64,000 nt of DNA. It comes from Candidatus Iainarchaeum sp. (GTDB lineage Archaea; Iainarchaeota; Iainarchaeia; Iainarchaeales; UBA10219). Below, one piece after another: positions 1 to 8,773 of the stretch. The translations under genes and the position numbers were made by a program. The DNA lies in assembly GCA_018304425.1 (NCBI GenBank), contig JAGVWE010000004.1:219189-283188 (forward strand), given 5' to 3'. The stretch's first letter is position 1. Each line of letters opens with the position of its first letter. The notes under the pieces were generated by a model, which worked only from the letters and a program-made list of their open reading frames with translations, ran no database searches and had not been told where the DNA came from.

Positions 1-342
1 CTTGGCGGCGTGCCGTTGCCGGAACTCGTGCAAGGCTTTTTCCAGCAACTCGGCGCCGAAGCCCGCCCGCTTTTTTTCGGGCAAGACGAGGAACTGCTCG
101 ATGGTGCCATGCAATGCGCCCGTCTTGCAGTAAATGAAGCCGGTTACTTTCCGGTGTTCCCTGGCCACGAAGCAAAACCGTTTCTTGCCCGCGAAGTGCT
201 TGACGTAGTCCAGGGTGATGTGGGCAACCCTTTCCTCGAAGGCGTGCGTGGGCAGCTTGTGGTGGTAAGCCGAAATCCAGGAGACCAGGAAGGTTTCCAG
301 CACGTCCACGGCATCGCTTTCCTCGAACCGCTTGATGAGCAT
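1..342 (-). CDS. GNAT family N-acetyltransferase (3' end outside window)
   Basis: Hand translation from ATG at 342, which overlaps the hisS stop (TAATG): MLIKRFEESDAVDVLETFLVSWISAY...CFVAREHRKVTGF...IEQFLVLPEKKRAGFGAELLEKALHEF. Contains GNAT motif A (V.PE.R..G.G..LL). Not in the supplied ORF track. Confidence 0.8.
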   Translation of the reverse strand, partial: MLIKRFEESDAVDVLETFLVSWISAYHHKLPTHAFEERVAHITLDYVKHFAGKKRFCFVAREHRKVTGFIYCKTGALHGTIEQFLVLPEKKRAGFGAELLEKALHEFRQRHAAK

Positions 343-1595
343 TATTTCACCAAATCGTTTACTTTATTCAAGTCGCTTACCTTTAACTTGGTTTCCTTGC
401 CGCTCGCCAGGTCCTTCAAGGTGAGTTCGCCTGCCGCTAGGTCCTTCTCCCCGACAATCAAGACGAATGGCACGCCCAAGCGGCTCGCGTACGCCAGGTT
501 CTTGCTGATGCCGCGCCCGCAGAGGTCCATGTCCGTGTTCACGCCCATCCCGCGCAGCCTCTGCGCGAGGTCAACGGCCGGCTTCAACGCGGTTTCCCCG
601 ATGGGGGCCACGAACACCCGCGTCCGGTTCTGCGCCGGCAACCGGTCTTCGAGGACGTCCAGCAGCCGGTCGACGCCGAAGCTGATACCCGTGGCAGGAC
701 TCTCTTGCCCTCCATACAGACCGACCAGCTTGTCGTACCTTCCGCCGCCGGCGATGCTCGCCACTCCCGGCACCATGACCTCGAAGACGTTGCCCGTGTA
801 ATACTCCAGGCCCCGCGCGAGTGAAAGGTCCAACTGCACCTTGCCCTTGCAGCCCTGCGCTTCCAGCATCCCAATCAAGTCCAGCGCTTCCTTTAGGCCT
901 TCGCTGTCCTTGCCGACCTGCTTCATCGCGCTCGCCGCGTCGTTCTGGCGCACGACTTCCAGGATGTCCGTGGGGATGCCCTTCTCTTTTAGTTCCTTCT
1001 CGACGCCCTTCCACTCGATTTTGTCGGCCTTGTCGAGGCTGCGGAAACAGTCCACGACCTGCTCGGGCTTCACCTTGCACTTCTTCGCGAGTTCCTCGAG
1101 CAGCTTCCGGTTGTTCACCTTCACCTTTGCGTCAAGGCCCAGGCGCTTCACGATTTCGAGCGCACAGGCAATCACTTCGAAGTCCGCGAGCGTGGAGTTT
1201 CCCCCCACCGTGTCCGCATCCGCCTGTGTGAACTCCCGGTAGCGGTTGGCGCCCGGCCGGTCATACCGCCACACCTGCCCGATTGCATAGCGCTTGAAGG
1301 GCTTCGACAGGTCCCGGTTGGTTGCCACTACGCGACCCATTGGCACCGTCAAGTCAAACCGCAATCCGATGTTGCGGTCGCCCTGGTCCTTGAACCAATA
1401 AATTTCCTTGGAAATCTCCTGGCCCCCCGCCCCCTTCTTGGCCAGCAACTCGAGTTCTTCGAGTGCGGGCGTCTGCAGGGGATAGAACCCGTACAACTCG
1501 AACACCTGCCGGCAGGTGTCCTCGATGAACTGCTTCTTCTTCATGCGTTCCGGGAGAAAGTCCCGCGTGCCGCGCACGTTTTGAAAGGTCGTCAT
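342..1595 (-). CDS. hisS: Histidine--tRNA ligase
   Basis: RGTRDF N-terminus, LRFDLT, WRYDRPGANRYREFTQ (motif 2), ARGLEYYTG, GGGRYD, and a C-terminal anticodon-binding domain. SD GGAGGT at 1603-1608 and TATA-like TATTAAA at about 1623-1629. Confidence 0.97.
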   Translation of the reverse strand: MTTFQNVRGTRDFLPERMKKKQFIEDTCRQVFELYGFYPLQTPALEELELLAKKGAGGQEISKEIYWFKDQGDRNIGLRFDLTVPMGRVVATNRDLSKPFKRYAIGQVWRYDRPGANRYREFTQADADTVGGNSTLADFEVIACALEIVKRLGLDAKVKVNNRKLLEELAKKCKVKPEQVVDCFRSLDKADKIEWKGVEKELKEKGIPTDILEVVRQNDAASAMKQVGKDSEGLKEALDLIGMLEAQGCKGKVQLDLSLARGLEYYTGNVFEVMVPGVASIAGGGRYDKLVGLYGGQESPATGISFGVDRLLDVLEDRLPAQNRTRVFVAPIGETALKPAVDLAQRLRGMGVNTDMDLCGRGISKNLAYASRLGVPFVLIVGEKDLAAGELTLKDLASGKETKLKVSDLNKVNDLVK

Positions 1596-1646
1596 AACCC
1601 ATACCTCCTAAGTTCCTTGCAGTTTAATAGGTTTTGCCTTCGGGCT

Positions 1647-1741
1647 GTGTCCTGCGCAGCAGGACACGTTTCCCCGAAGACGCGGTCTTCGGGGCCTCGT
1701 CCCCAAGGGGACAAGGTCGCAGGCCTTTTGTCAAAAGGCCT
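1647..1741. repeat. Cluster of four perfect short palindromes between hisG and hisS
   Basis: GTGTCCTGC-gca-GCAGGACAC (1647-1667), CCCCGAAGAC-gcg-GTCTTCGGGG (1672-1694), GTCCCC-aa-GGGGAC (1699-1712), AGGCCTTTTG-t-CAAAAGGCCT (1721-1741). Confidence 0.85.
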
Positions 1742-2625
1742 CACGGCACCACCCGGTTGAACTCGAATTCCACCAAGTCCGTGGCCCCCGCCTTCTTGAT
1801 GAGCGGGATAAGGCCCGGCACCGCCTCCCGGTCCACGGCCACGTTCACGGCATAGCCTTCCTCGCCGTAGAGCTTGGCAATGGTGGGTTTTCGCAGGCAG
1901 GGCAGGATTTTCACCAGCTCATCCAGGCGTTCCGCGGACACGTTCATGACCAGCATGGACTTCTTCTTGCCCAACAGCACGCTCTGCAACAGCGTATTGA
2001 TTTCCGCGATTTTAGCGCGCTTGGCCTCGTCCGCCCAGGCTGCCTTGTTCGCGATGAGCCGCGTTGTTGACTCCATGACCGTGTCCAGGATGCAGAGGTT
2101 GTTGGCCTTCAACGAGCTCCCCGTCTCGGTCAACTCCACGATGGCGTCCACCAGCCGCGGGCACTTCGCCTCCGTGGCCCCCCACGAAAACTCGACCGCG
2201 GCGCGCACCCCATTGCGGGCCAGGTATTCCTTTGCCAGGTTCACGTACTCGGTGGCCACGCGCTTTCCCTCCACGTCCTTCACCGACTTGATGCCGGAAT
2301 CACAGGGCGCAGCCAAGACCACGCGCACCTTGCCGAACCCCTGCTTGGAGTACAGCAACTCGCTGACCTCCTCGACCCTCGCTCCGCTCTCCGCAATCCA
2401 GTCCTTGCCCGTGATGCCCGCATCCATGACCCCGTCCTCGACGAACCTGGCCATCTCCTGCGCGCGCACCATCATGACCTCGATGCCCGGGTCGCTGATG
2501 GCCGGAAAGTAGCTTCTTTCCGTGGCCTTGATGCGCAGGCCCGCCGCGTTGAACAACTCGACGGTCGCGTCCTGCAGGCTCCCCTTCGGGATGCCCAACT
2601 TCAATTTCTCCTTCGTTTCGTTCAT
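1741..2625 (-). CDS. hisG: ATP phosphoribosyltransferase, long form
   Basis: [47 protein letters not shown] and the C-terminal regulatory domain (PTIAKL). ATG 2625 overlaps the upstream stop (ATGA) and has a GGAGG SD. Confidence 0.96.
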   Translation of the reverse strand: MNETKEKLKLGIPKGSLQDATVELFNAAGLRIKATERSYFPAISDPGIEVMMVRAQEMARFVEDGVMDAGITGKDWIAESGARVEEVSELLYSKQGFGKVRVVLAAPCDSGIKSVKDVEGKRVATEYVNLAKEYLARNGVRAAVEFSWGATEAKCPRLVDAIVELTETGSSLKANNLCILDTVMESTTRLIANKAAWADEAKRAKIAEINTLLQSVLLGKKKSMLVMNVSAERLDELVKILPCLRKPTIAKLYGEEGYAVNVAVDREAVPGLIPLIKKAGATDLVEFEFNRVVP

Positions 2626-3614
2626 TTTCTTTCCTCCACCTTGCCAAAAAAGCAACTCCGTTGATTGGTGTGACACGCGTTGCCGGTCTGCTCGACCCGA
2701 AACAACAACGCGTCCGCGTCACAGTCGAAGCGCACTTCCCGCACGCGCTGGAAGTTGCCGCTCGTCTCCCCCTTCGTCCACAGCGCCTTGCGGCTCCGGC
2801 TCCAGTAACAGGCCTTGCCCTCGCGCAGGGTCTTCTCCAGCGAAGCGCGGCTCACATAGGCCAGCATCAGGACCTCGCCGTTGCCCGCATCCTGCACCAC
2901 GGCCGGAATCAAGCCGCGGCCCTTGCCGAAGTCCAGGCGATTGAACGCCAGCGCGTCCTCAACGGAAATCCTTCCCTCGTACAACGCCATGCCCACCACC
3001 GCATCCACGCCCAGCCAGTCCAGGCGCGCCACCTCAGCCAGGGAGGACACCCCACCCGCATAGACCAGCCTGTTCCGGGTCAGCCTGGCCAGCCTTTCCA
3101 CGCGCCCGAAATCAAAGCCCGCCATCCGCCCCTCGACCTCCACAAAGGTGGCCATGAACTCCCCGCAATAGTCCTCCAACTCTGGCAGCAGTTCCTCCGG
3201 AGTCCGCGACGTCGCCTCCTTCCAGCCCTTCACGACGATGCGGCCGTCCTTCGAGTCCAGGGCCGCGACCACTTTCTCCCTTCCCACCACGCCAGCCAGC
3301 TCCGACAGGAAGCCTTTCTCGGCCTTCGACCCGACGATGACCTTCTTCGCCCCGGCCTCCACCAGCGCGACCGCTTTCTCCACCGAGTCGATGCCGCCTC
3401 CCACCCGCGCCCGCACCTTCCAGCACAACGCCTGCACGGTCTCCAGGTTAGAGCCCTCGCGCAACGCGGCATCCAAATCAATGACCTGGACTTCCCGGAA
3501 CCCCTTGAACCGCTCCGCTAAGCCATCCACGTCCGTGGACTCCCACTTCTTCTCGCGGCCGCCCACGAGCTGCACCGCCTTGCCATCCATCAAATCAATC
3601 GCCGGAATGATCAT
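2622..3614 (-). CDS. hisA: HisA (ProFAR isomerase) fused to C-terminal HisI (phosphoribosyl-AMP cyclohydrolase)
   Basis: The N-terminus [39 protein letters not shown] is a HisA barrel. The last ~105 aa ([43 protein letters not shown]) are HisI. Confidence 0.93.
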   Translation of the reverse strand: MIIPAIDLMDGKAVQLVGGREKKWESTDVDGLAERFKGFREVQVIDLDAALREGSNLETVQALCWKVRARVGGGIDSVEKAVALVEAGAKKVIVGSKAEKGFLSELAGVVGREKVVAALDSKDGRIVVKGWKEATSRTPEELLPELEDYCGEFMATFVEVEGRMAGFDFGRVERLARLTRNRLVYAGGVSSLAEVARLDWLGVDAVVGMALYEGRISVEDALAFNRLDFGKGRGLIPAVVQDAGNGEVLMLAYVSRASLEKTLREGKACYWSRSRKALWTKGETSGNFQRVREVRFDCDADALLFRVEQTGNACHTNQRSCFFGKVEERK

Positions 3615-4366
3615 GGTCGCACCTCAACCCTTTTTTCCTTCAAGAACGCTTTCACTTGCCCAATCGTCAACTCCCCAAAATGGAAGACGCTCGCTGCCAG
3701 CACGGCGTCCGCGCCTCCAACGGCAACCGCGTCGTAGAAGTCTTGGAGGCCGCCCGCGCCCCCCGAGGCGATGACGGGAATGCGCGCCCGCACCCCAATC
3801 GCCGCCAGCAACTCCACGTCAAACCCCTGCTTGGTGCCATCGCGGTCCATGGAGGTTACTAGCAGTTCCCCCGCGCCCAGTTCCTCGGCTTGCTTCGCCC
3901 ACTGCACCGCGTCAAGCCCGGTCGCCTGCGAGCCCGCGCGCGAATACATTTCCCACCCTGCTCCCACCCGTTTCGCGTCAATCGCCACGACCACGGCCTG
4001 GCTCCCAAACTCCCGCGCCAACTCGCCAATGAGTTCAGGCCGCTCCACCGCCGCTGAGTTGACCGTGACCCGGTCGGCCCCGGCCAAAAGCAGTTCCCTG
4101 GCCGCTTTAACCGACTTAATGCCGCCGCCCACGGTCAAGGGCACGAAGACGCGCCGGGCCGTCCGCCGAACCAATTCCACCACGGTCTTCCGTTCTTCGA
4201 CCGTGGCCCCGATATCCAGGAAAGCGATTTCGTCCGCGCCCTCCGCATAATATTTTTCCGCCAACTCCACGGGCAAGCCTGCCGGCTGAAGGCATCCGAA
4301 ACGGACTCCTTTCACGACCTTCCCGCCCTTCACGTCCAGGCAGGGGATGATTCTCTTCGCCAACAT
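3611..4366 (-). CDS. hisF: Imidazole glycerol phosphate synthase cyclase subunit
   Basis: [63 protein letters not shown]. Confidence 0.97.
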   Translation of the reverse strand: MLAKRIIPCLDVKGGKVVKGVRFGCLQPAGLPVELAEKYYAEGADEIAFLDIGATVEERKTVVELVRRTARRVFVPLTVGGGIKSVKAARELLLAGADRVTVNSAAVERPELIGELAREFGSQAVVVAIDAKRVGAGWEMYSRAGSQATGLDAVQWAKQAEELGAGELLVTSMDRDGTKQGFDVELLAAIGVRARIPVIASGGAGGLQDFYDAVAVGGADAVLAASVFHFGELTIGQVKAFLKEKRVEVRP

Positions 4367-4370
4367 GTTC

Positions 4371-4970
4371 TCACGCTTCCACGAAATTCCTCAACACCTG
4401 CAGCCCCACGGGGCCGCTCTTCTCCGGGTGGAACTGTACGGCCCACACATTTTCGCATTCCACGGCCGAAACGAATGACTCGCCGTACTCGCTCCGCGCC
4501 GCCACGAGGTCGGGCGCGGTCCGCTTCACGGCGAACGAGTTCACGAAGTACGCGTAGGCGCCATCCTCGACGCCCTCGAAGAGCCGCGTCTTCCGCGTCA
4601 AGCGCAACCGGTTCCACCCGATTTGCGGCACCTTCCGCGCAACCGTGAACCGCTCCACCCTTCCCCCCAGCAACCCAAGGCCGCTCGCGTCCAGGCTTTC
4701 CTCGCTCCCCTCGAACAGCAATTGGAACCCCAGGCAGATGCCCAGGAAAGGCGTGCCCTCCCGCACCCGCTCCCTGAGCGCCGCCTCCAAGCCCGTGCGC
4801 CGAAGGGAGGCCAGGGCCGAGCCGAAGTTGCCCACACCGGGGAGCAGGATTTTGTCGGCCCCTGCCAGGTCTTTCGGCCCGGACGCGGTTATGTAGCTTG
4901 CACCCAGCCAGTCCAAGGCATTCCCCAGGCTGCCCAGGTTGCCCGCGCCATAGTCCACGATTCCAATCAC
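4371..4970 (-). CDS. hisH: Imidazole glycerol phosphate synthase glutaminase subunit
   Basis: IVDYGAGNLGS, LPGVG, GICLG (catalytic Cys), VPQIGWN, QFHPEKS. GTG start at 4970 overlaps the hisB TGA. Confidence 0.95.
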   Translation of the reverse strand: MIGIVDYGAGNLGSLGNALDWLGASYITASGPKDLAGADKILLPGVGNFGSALASLRRTGLEAALRERVREGTPFLGICLGFQLLFEGSEESLDASGLGLLGGRVERFTVARKVPQIGWNRLRLTRKTRLFEGVEDGAYAYFVNSFAVKRTAPDLVAARSEYGESFVSAVECENVWAVQFHPEKSGPVGLQVLRNFVEA

Positions 4971-5566
4971 GTTTTCACCTCCCGCAACCTTCCCTTCGTG
5001 CTCGGCACGCCCCGCATTCTCGCATCCGGCTCGACCGCCATCCGCAAAGCCTTTCCAAACGACTTGAACAGGGCTTCCGCGATGTGGTGCGAGTTCCTTC
5101 CCGCCAACAACCGCAGTTGCAGCGTGCAGCCTAGGTTGGTGGCCAGCGCTTCGAAGAAGTGCTCGACCATCTCCGCACTCAAGTCCCCGACCTTCTTCGC
5201 CGGGAACCCGGCCTCGAACGCGAGCTTTCCCCGCCCGCTCAAGTCCAGCGCGCACAAGGCCAGGCTCTCGTCCATGGGCAGGACGAAAAAGCCATAGCGG
5301 TTGATGCCATTTCGGTCGCCCAGCGCCTGACTCAAGGCCTGGCCCAAGGCGATGCCCGCGTCCTCGACCAAGTGGTGCTCGTCGAACCGGTCCACGCACT
5401 CGGCCTCCAGCTTCACGTCCACGAGGCTCTTCGCGGCCACCTGTTCCAGCATGTGGTCGAAGAAGTCAATCCCCGTTCGCACCGCGAATTTTCCGGTGCC
5501 GTCCAGGTCGACTTCCACGCGCACGCGCGTCTCCTTCGTCTTCCGCTCCACCCTTGCCTTCCTCAT
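4967..5566 (-). CDS. hisB: Imidazoleglycerol-phosphate dehydratase
   Basis: RKTKET, TGIDFFDHML, DEHHLVED, PMDESL, NSHHIAEALFK, PSTKG. ATG 5566 overlaps the stop of the upstream HAD frame. Confidence 0.96.
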   Translation of the reverse strand: MRKARVERKTKETRVRVEVDLDGTGKFAVRTGIDFFDHMLEQVAAKSLVDVKLEAECVDRFDEHHLVEDAGIALGQALSQALGDRNGINRYGFFVLPMDESLALCALDLSGRGKLAFEAGFPAKKVGDLSAEMVEHFFEALATNLGCTLQLRLLAGRNSHHIAEALFKSFGKALRMAVEPDARMRGVPSTKGRLREVKT

Positions 5567-7277
5567 CTCCATCCCTCCAGCGCCTCATTCACATCCCCAA
5601 AAACCTTTCCCGCTCCGTTCTTTCGGAGCAGTTCCCTCAACTCCCTTCCCTTGTCTTGGGGCGGCAGCACCCCGACCGCGGTCAAGCCCGCCCGCCGGGC
5701 CGCCTGCTGGTCGTCTGGCGTGTCCCCGAAGTAGGCCCCAGCCGCCGCAGGACCTCCTTCAACCCCCACGGGCCTGGCTTGGCCTTTCCGGGAGGCACGT
5801 CCTCCATGCACACGACCTCCGCGAACAAGTCCCGCACCCCAAAGCGTTGCAGCGCAAACTCGGCTTCCGCTCTCGGTCTGCCCGTGAACACCGCCAGCCG
5901 ATACCTTTCAGCCAACCGCTTCAACCCTTCCTTGTCCGCCAGCAGTTTCTCGTTGGCAATCAAGCCGCCAAAGTTTTTGCCGAGGTAAAACCCCTGGAAC
6001 ACTCGCTTCACCGTCGCCAGCTCCGCTTTCTTTCCCTTCCGCTTGGCCAGCTCGCGGCTCAGCTCCCAGTCGCTGTTGTAGCCGCCCTCGTTCTTCAACG
6101 CCTGGATTTCGCCGGCGCTCGCCTTCTTCCCGGTCAACCGTTCCACTGTCAACCGGATGGCCTCGCGGTAGGATTTCCGCACGTCGACGAGCACTCCATC
6201 GATGTCGAAGACGAGCACGGGCTCGGCAAGTACGCCCTTCAGTTCGCGCACGAAGCGTTTCATCTGCTTCCGCGTGCCAATCGTCACCCGACAGCAGCCC
6301 GCCAACAACGGGTAACCGGAGCGGTCGCGCACCAGCACCCCGCGCTCGCGCAGCTTCCGCACCACGAACTTCACCTGCGACCCCAGCCGGAGGATGAAGG
6401 CGTTGGCTTTGCCGAACCGCGCTTCCACACCCAACCGTTTCAGGGCCTTCCGCAGCCAGGCCCGGCTCTTCCCCACTTCCCGGACATAGGCCCGCATGTA
6501 GGCCAGGTCCCCCAAAGCCGCCAGCCCAGCCCGCAAACCGGCTCCGCTGACCGGATACGGCCTTGCAGCGGCCGCCAGCCTTTCGATGACGGGCGCCTGT
6601 GCCAAGGCATAGCCCATGCGCAGCCCCGCCAAGCCGAAGGCCTTGGACAGCGTGCGCAGCACCAGGAGGTTGCCATATTTCCTGAGCATGGGGACCAGGG
6701 TCTCCCCGCCGAACTCGATGTAGGCCTCATCCACCAGCACCAACGCGTTCGGCGCGCGGCGCAGCAGCCGTTCAACCTGCTTGCGCGTGACCGTGGTTCC
6801 CGTCGGGTTGTTGGGCGAGCACACCACGATTGCGGCCGTCCGCGCGTTCACCGCCCCGAGCACGCGCTTGAGCGGGAAAGAAAACCCTGCGTCGTCGTCC
6901 AACAACACTTCCCGCACTTTCAATCCCGCCAGCTTCGCGTACAACTCGAACGGTGAGTACGTCGGAACCGGGAGCACGACTTCGCCGCGCGGCCTCCGGA
7001 TGGCGTCGAAAATCTTGTCGATGGCCTCGTCCGAGCCGTTGAACAGCAGGACGTTCTCCGGCCGCACCTTGCAGTAGGCCGCCACCTTCTCCGCCAGCCG
7101 CCGGCTCTCCGGATAAGCGGCCACCACTTCAGCCGTCAGGCCCCGCAACGCCTTCACCACCTTCGGGCTCGGCCCCACCGTGTTCTCACCGAAGTCCAGT
7201 CGCAGCTTGCCCAGCCTCCCGGCTATGGGCGGAACGTACTTTTCCGCTTCCATGACCTCTCCTCGCATTCCCATCAT
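5563..7277 (-). CDS. hisC: Histidinol-phosphate aminotransferase fused to a HAD-superfamily phosphatase (likely histidinol phosphatase); frameshifted near 5735-5741
   Basis: HisC motifs NGSDEAI, SPNNPTG, VDEAY, RTLSKAFGLAGLRMG, then HAD motif I (FDIDGVLVD), TGRP and KP.P. HAD motif IV (YFGDTPDD..AA..AG) is in a different frame that ends at TGA 5563-5565. Confidence 0.88.
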
Positions 7278-8551
7278 TTCCGTTTCACCTCGAACCGTTT
7301 CTCCACCGACTTCCTGTGCGCGTCCAGCCCCTCTTCCCGGGCCAGGCACGCGACGGCCGGCCGCAAGGCCTCCAAACCCCTGCGCGACAGCCTTTCCACG
7401 TTCTGGAACCGCATGAACTCAAGCACGCTCAACCCGGACGAGAACCGGGCCGCGCGCCCGGTCGGCAAAACGTGGTTGGTGCCGCTCGCATAGTCTCCGG
7501 CCGCCTTGGGACTCCAAGGCCCCAGGAAAACCGTGCCCGCGTTGACGAGCCCATCCACAAACCGTTGGCCGAAGCCCCAGACCTCGGCGTGCTCGGCCGC
7601 GAAGTCGTTGGCGAACCGCAGGACCTGTGCCTCGTTTTTTGCGAGGACAATCAGCCCGTTTCGTTTCAGCGACTGCCGTGCAACTTGGCCGGTCGCCAGT
7701 TCCCCCAACTGCTGCTTTAACTCCTTTTCCACTTGCCGCGCCAGCTTCCGCGAAGTCGTGACCAGCACGCTGCGCGCGTTGGGCTCGTGCTCGGCGGAAG
7801 CCAAGAGGTCGGCGGCCATCCATTCCGGGTTCCCGCTTTTCGCCAGCACCAGCAGTTCGGTGGGCCCGGCCAGCAAGTCGATGCCGACCTCGCCGTAGAC
7901 GAGCCGCTTGGCCGCCGTGACATACGCGTTTCCCGGCCCGAAAACCTTGTCCACGCGTGGAATGCTTTCCGTGCCGTACGCCATCGCGGCAATGGCTTGC
8001 GCGCCCCCAACCTTGAAGATGCGGTCGGCTCCCGCCAGCAGGCAAGCAGCCACGATCAAGGGATTCGCTTTCCCGTCCTTCCGCGGCGGCGTGCACACGA
8101 TTTTCTCGCGCACGCCCGCCACCTGCGCGGGCACCAGGTTCATCAGCGCGGTCGATGGCAGCGGATATCGCCCGGCAGGGACATAGACCCCGACGCGCTC
8201 GATGGGCCGCACGGTCTGCCCCGCGTATATGCCGTTACCGAAGCCTTTTGCCCAGCTTTTAGGCAGGGCCGCCCGCTGGAAATCCGCGAGGTTCTTCGTC
8301 GCGCACTTCAACGCGCTCCGCTGTTCCTTTGTCAGGCCGCGCAGGGCCGCGCGTTTCTCGGCCGCGCCCACTTCCAGTTCGTTTGCCGATAGCGTGACCC
8401 GGTCGAACCGCCGCGTGAATTCGCGCAGGGCAGCGTCGCCGCGCCTGCGCACGGCCTCGAGTATTTCCCGTGCCGCTGGCTCCGCTGCGCGGTTCGCTTC
8501 CGCTTTCGGTTTCACCAACCGTTCATAGTCCGTTCGCGAAACCCCGGCCAA
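7274..8551 (-). CDS. hisD: Histidinol dehydrogenase (start uncertain)
   Basis: GDAALREFTRRFD, VGVYVPAG, GGAQAIAAMAYGTESIP.VDK.FGPGN.YV..AK, ID..AGPTE, AEH, GDYASGTNHVLPT. The only early start is a TTG without an SD. Confidence 0.94.
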   Translation of the reverse strand: MAGVSRTDYERLVKPKAEANRAAEPAAREILEAVRRRGDAALREFTRRFDRVTLSANELEVGAAEKRAALRGLTKEQRSALKCATKNLADFQRAALPKSWAKGFGNGIYAGQTVRPIERVGVYVPAGRYPLPSTALMNLVPAQVAGVREKIVCTPPRKDGKANPLIVAACLLAGADRIFKVGGAQAIAAMAYGTESIPRVDKVFGPGNAYVTAAKRLVYGEVGIDLLAGPTELLVLAKSGNPEWMAADLLASAEHEPNARSVLVTTSRKLARQVEKELKQQLGELATGQVARQSLKRNGLIVLAKNEAQVLRFANDFAAEHAEVWGFGQRFVDGLVNAGTVFLGPWSPKAAGDYASGTNHVLPTGRAARFSSGLSVLEFMRFQNVERLSRRGLEALRPAVACLAREEGLDAHRKSVEKRFEVKRK

Positions 8552-8603
8552 CTCGACCCGGGTGAACTAAACCCCTTCTGTCAGTCTTGCGACTAGTCGT
8601 CAT
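8523..8603 (-). CDS. 26-codon upstream ORF overlapping the hisD start (MTTSRKTDRRGLVHPGRVGRGFANGL); may be the true, frameshifted hisD N-terminus
   Basis: ATG at 8603 is preceded by a strong SD GGAGGT (8614-8619). One His codon at 8562-8564. Stop TGA at 8523-8525 lies inside hisD. Confidence 0.5.
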   Translation of the reverse strand: MTTSRKTDRRGLVHPGRVGRGFANGL

Positions 8604-8700
8604 AACCCAACCCACCTCCAAGAGAAGTTGTTGGGCTACCCCCAATGATGGAGTAACCCGTGGTGAACTAACTCAACCCGTTCGGTTGAAGAAAAGAAAG
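8552..8700 (-). promoter_or_regulatory. Putative structured his-operon leader
   Basis: Minus-strand hairpins with G-U pairs: TTCAACC/GGTTGAG; GGGTTACTCC...GGGGTAGCCC; CCCAAC-ACTTCT/GGAGGT-GTTGGG, which sequesters the SD; AGTC-GCAA-GACT. Also a direct repeat TTAGTTCACC(A)CGGGT and clustered CAC/CAT triplets. Confidence 0.55.
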
Positions 8701-8773
8701 GGCCGGTGCGGGGAATTGAACCCCGTTCAGAAGGTCCACAGCCTTCTATCCTAACCGATAGACCACACCAGCC
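8701..8773 (-). tRNA. tRNA-His (GTG), with genome-encoded G-1 and C73
   Basis: G-GCTGGTG/CACCGGC-C acceptor stem, anticodon arm GAAGG-CT-GTG-GA-CCTTC, T arm CGGGG-TTCAATT-CCCCG. CCA is not encoded. Confidence 0.96.

Noticed and set aside
10-801. 263-aa plus-strand ORF
   Set aside because: Antisense to hisS and to the GNAT gene, both of which have clear motifs.
342-1595. Possible HisZ rather than HisS
   Set aside because: It retains the catalytic motifs and the anticodon-binding domain, and HisG is the long form that needs no HisZ.
1647-1741. Possible CRISPR array or ribozyme
   Set aside because: The hairpins differ in sequence, there is no repeat-spacer periodicity, no cas genes are present, and no hammerhead or HDV core was found.
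4971-5399. N-terminal extension of the 342-aa hisH ORF
   Set aside because: It overlaps hisB in another frame. The real start is the GTG at 4970, coupled to the hisB stop.
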